Position numbers and translations under genes: made by a program
DNA from: a virus
Taxonomy: Duplodnaviria > Caudoviricetes
Strand: one strand, 5' to 3'
IMG/VR virus record: IMGVR_UViG_3300032561_000104
Location: 1-27,232 of that record
DNA: 27,232 bases
Shown: in pieces, positions 25,644-27,232 of the stretch
How positions within the stretch are numbered: position 1 is the first letter of the stretch
Layout of the letters: each line of letters opens with the position of its first letter
The notes under the pieces: model-generated
What the model saw: the letters and a program-made list of their open reading frames with translations, nothing else
Databases searched by the model: none
Told to the model about the DNA's origin: nothing

Positions 25644-26180
25644 GTAGTTAATTGCATTGTGTAAAAACTGTGTATTATCTTTAAAGTTACCTAAACCTTG
25701 ATTACACCCCCTGCAAAGCAAACCTCGTACCTTATGAGTAGTATGGCAATGGTCTACAGCAAGGTCTCGTACTTTTTGTGTACGATTATCAATATCTATC
25801 TCTGGACTACCGCAAATAGCACAAACATTATTTTGTTGTTTTTGCATTTCACGATATTGTTCTAAAGTAATATTAAATCTTTTTTTCAAGTCTTGTATTT
25901 TTTGTTTATCTCGATTATTTTTCATATATTCACGCATATAAGCGTTTCTAGATTCATAATCTTTAATAGATTGCTTTATAGGCATCCAATGAAAATTTGA
26001 AATAGAAAGAGGTTCAGTTTTTACAATTAAATGTAACCTATGATTTTCTTTTCTTTCGCCTACTTCACTAGTAAACAATACAAAATCTTTTGCCCATGCT
26101 TCACACAGAATACCACGTCTTTTATAATGAGACCATGTGTTAAATAATGGATGTAATTCTTTACCTGACTTTTTAGACAT
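25626..26180 (-). CDS. Free-standing homing endonuclease, endonuclease VII-type HNH
   Basis: KKRFNITLEQY...Q...CAIC, LAVDHCHTTHKVRGLLCRGCNQGLG signature. Start placed at ATG 26180 behind GGAGAAGG rather than TTG 26192. Confidence 0.9.
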   Translation of the reverse strand: MSKKSGKELHPLFNTWSHYKRRGILCEAWAKDFVLFTSEVGERKENHRLHLIVKTEPLSISNFHWMPIKQSIKDYESRNAYMREYMKNNRDKQKIQDLKKRFNITLEQYREMQKQQNNVCAICGSPEIDIDNRTQKVRDLAVDHCHTTHKVRGLLCRGCNQGLGNFKDNTQFLHNAINYLTDRQ

Positions 26181-26207
26181 TTCCTTCTCCAATTATTATA
26201 AAACCTT

Positions 26208-26236
26208 ATTATAACAAAAAGAGAAGGATTTGTCAA
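26208..26236 (-). promoter_or_regulatory. Consensus sigma70 promoter embedded in an RBS-sequestering hairpin
   Basis: TTGACA (26236-26231), 17-nt spacer ending TGT, TATAAT (26213-26208). Confidence 0.85.
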
Positions 26237-26268
26237 GCTATATTTAAATCATAGCTTATTTAAATGAC

Positions 26269-27183
26269 TCACGGGCCATTCACTCCGTAGACTGCTCTTG
26301 GGTCAGACCAACCAAAGCTGTAACGCTCATAGCCTTTAGCCTTAGCATTCATTGTGTCAAAATCATTGTCCTGATCGAACATGATACCAACACGTTCATA
26401 GTACTTCATACCGTTCTGGATATTAGTACGTAGGAACCAAGCGTGGGGGCTTGTGAGGTAATGGTTCATAACGATACCTTCTGGAATGGCATTAGTTGCC
26501 TTCAGAACGTTGATATCGTTGTTTGCAGTACCTGATTGGAACACAGACTTCAGAATGCGGTTAGCGTTGTACCATTCTTGACGAGCTACAATCAAAGAAC
26601 GTGGCATTACGTTAATCAACAAACCACGGTCGTTTTGGAAACCCATGATTGCTACAGTTGCATCTTCCAAAGAAGCTTCGGACAAGTCAACAGAAACAGT
26701 AGGGGTATTCGCCCATGTACCACCAGAAGTATTAGGGTGAACTAATGAGCACAAAGGTTGAGCATCACCACCTGTATAGGTAGCATTGAACGCACGGTTG
26801 TAAACGTTAGCACCAATATTTTCTTTGGTTTGACGGAAAGACATAGCGAGGGCAGCAGCACGACGCTTAGAAACTTGCTCATACAAATTGTCATCCAACT
26901 CTTCTTTAGTTACGATGTAACCAAGAGCGTATGCAACGTGTGTGTAGCGAGTTACAAAACCTTGAACTTCTGAGTCATACTGAACGCCTTGACCTTCAGA
27001 CTTAACAGGAGCAAGACCGAATCCAGTTAACTGAACGTCTTCCTCGTAGTTTTGATGTGAAGTATCTTTGTCGAACAAGTGGATGTACTCTTCAGGATGT
27101 TCGTCGTAAGTTTGACCCCACCATGCTTTAATACCAGGCCATAGGGCCTTTGGGTGAGTACCAGTTGTAATTACACCAGCCAT
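26269..27183 (-). CDS. Major capsid protein
   Basis: 304 aa; LWPGI, GFGLAPVKSEG..V.YD, EELDDNLY, RYSFGWSDPR motifs; strongly biased codons; AGGAG RBS. Confidence 0.9.
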   Translation of the reverse strand: MAGVITTGTHPKALWPGIKAWWGQTYDEHPEEYIHLFDKDTSHQNYEEDVQLTGFGLAPVKSEGQGVQYDSEVQGFVTRYTHVAYALGYIVTKEELDDNLYEQVSKRRAAALAMSFRQTKENIGANVYNRAFNATYTGGDAQPLCSLVHPNTSGGTWANTPTVSVDLSEASLEDATVAIMGFQNDRGLLINVMPRSLIVARQEWYNANRILKSVFQSGTANNDINVLKATNAIPEGIVMNHYLTSPHAWFLRTNIQNGMKYYERVGIMFDQDNDFDTMNAKAKGYERYSFGWSDPRAVYGVNGP

Positions 27184-27202
27184 TTTATATATCTCCTATT
27201 AA

Positions 27203-27232
27203 TTAAGCACCGAAGGCTTGTTTGTATTGGTG
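27203..27232 (-). CDS. C-terminal fragment of the gene upstream of the capsid gene
   Basis: Ten codons HQYKQAFGA* ending just before the capsid RBS; too short to identify. Confidence 0.45.
   Translation of the reverse strand, partial: HQYKQAFGA

Noticed and set aside
26236-26271. Capsid stop read-through or frameshift extension; IHF site in the AT-rich spacer
   Set aside because: TGA is followed by an in-frame TAA after two codons and no slippery site is evident; AATCATAGCTTA does not fit the IHF consensus spacing.
1-27232. tRNA genes, CRISPR arrays, alternative genetic code
   Set aside because: No cloverleaf or repeat-spacer pattern in the short intergenic gaps; genes tile densely under the standard code with TAA, TGA and TAG all used as stops.

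Overview
A 27-kb internal segment of a short-tailed (podovirus-type) dsDNA phage genome. Its host is probably Gram-negative, because an Rz/Rz1 spanin pair is present. Two arms converge near 5.2-5.35 kb. The + arm (1-5192) ends a T7-like replication module: family A DNA polymerase C-terminus, SSB, 5'-3' exonuclease, HEXXH metallopeptidase, resolvase, DnaQ/RNase H-like exonuclease and a DUF3310 protein. The - arm (27232 down to 5350) is the late operon: major capsid, head-associated proteins, two paralogous receptor-binding proteins plus a tailspike stub, a P22-style adaptor/hub/GNAT/three ejection proteins, a divergent PurD-like ATP-grasp ligase, and a lysis cassette. Four free-standing homing endonuclease genes interrupt the window. 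The most notable signals are: (1) the ATP-grasp ligase with altered substrate motifs inside the virion operon; (2) an endonuclease cassette bracketed by two perfect sigma70 promoters, with a hairpin that hides its ribosome-binding site; (3) endonucleases that appear to have taken over the start codon of the downstream gene, one of which seems to restart at ATT; (4) a compact structured leader RNA before a head gene; (5) nested domain insertions in the tail hub; (6) a palindrome cluster at the convergence point. All assignments come from motif recognition by eye; no searches were run.
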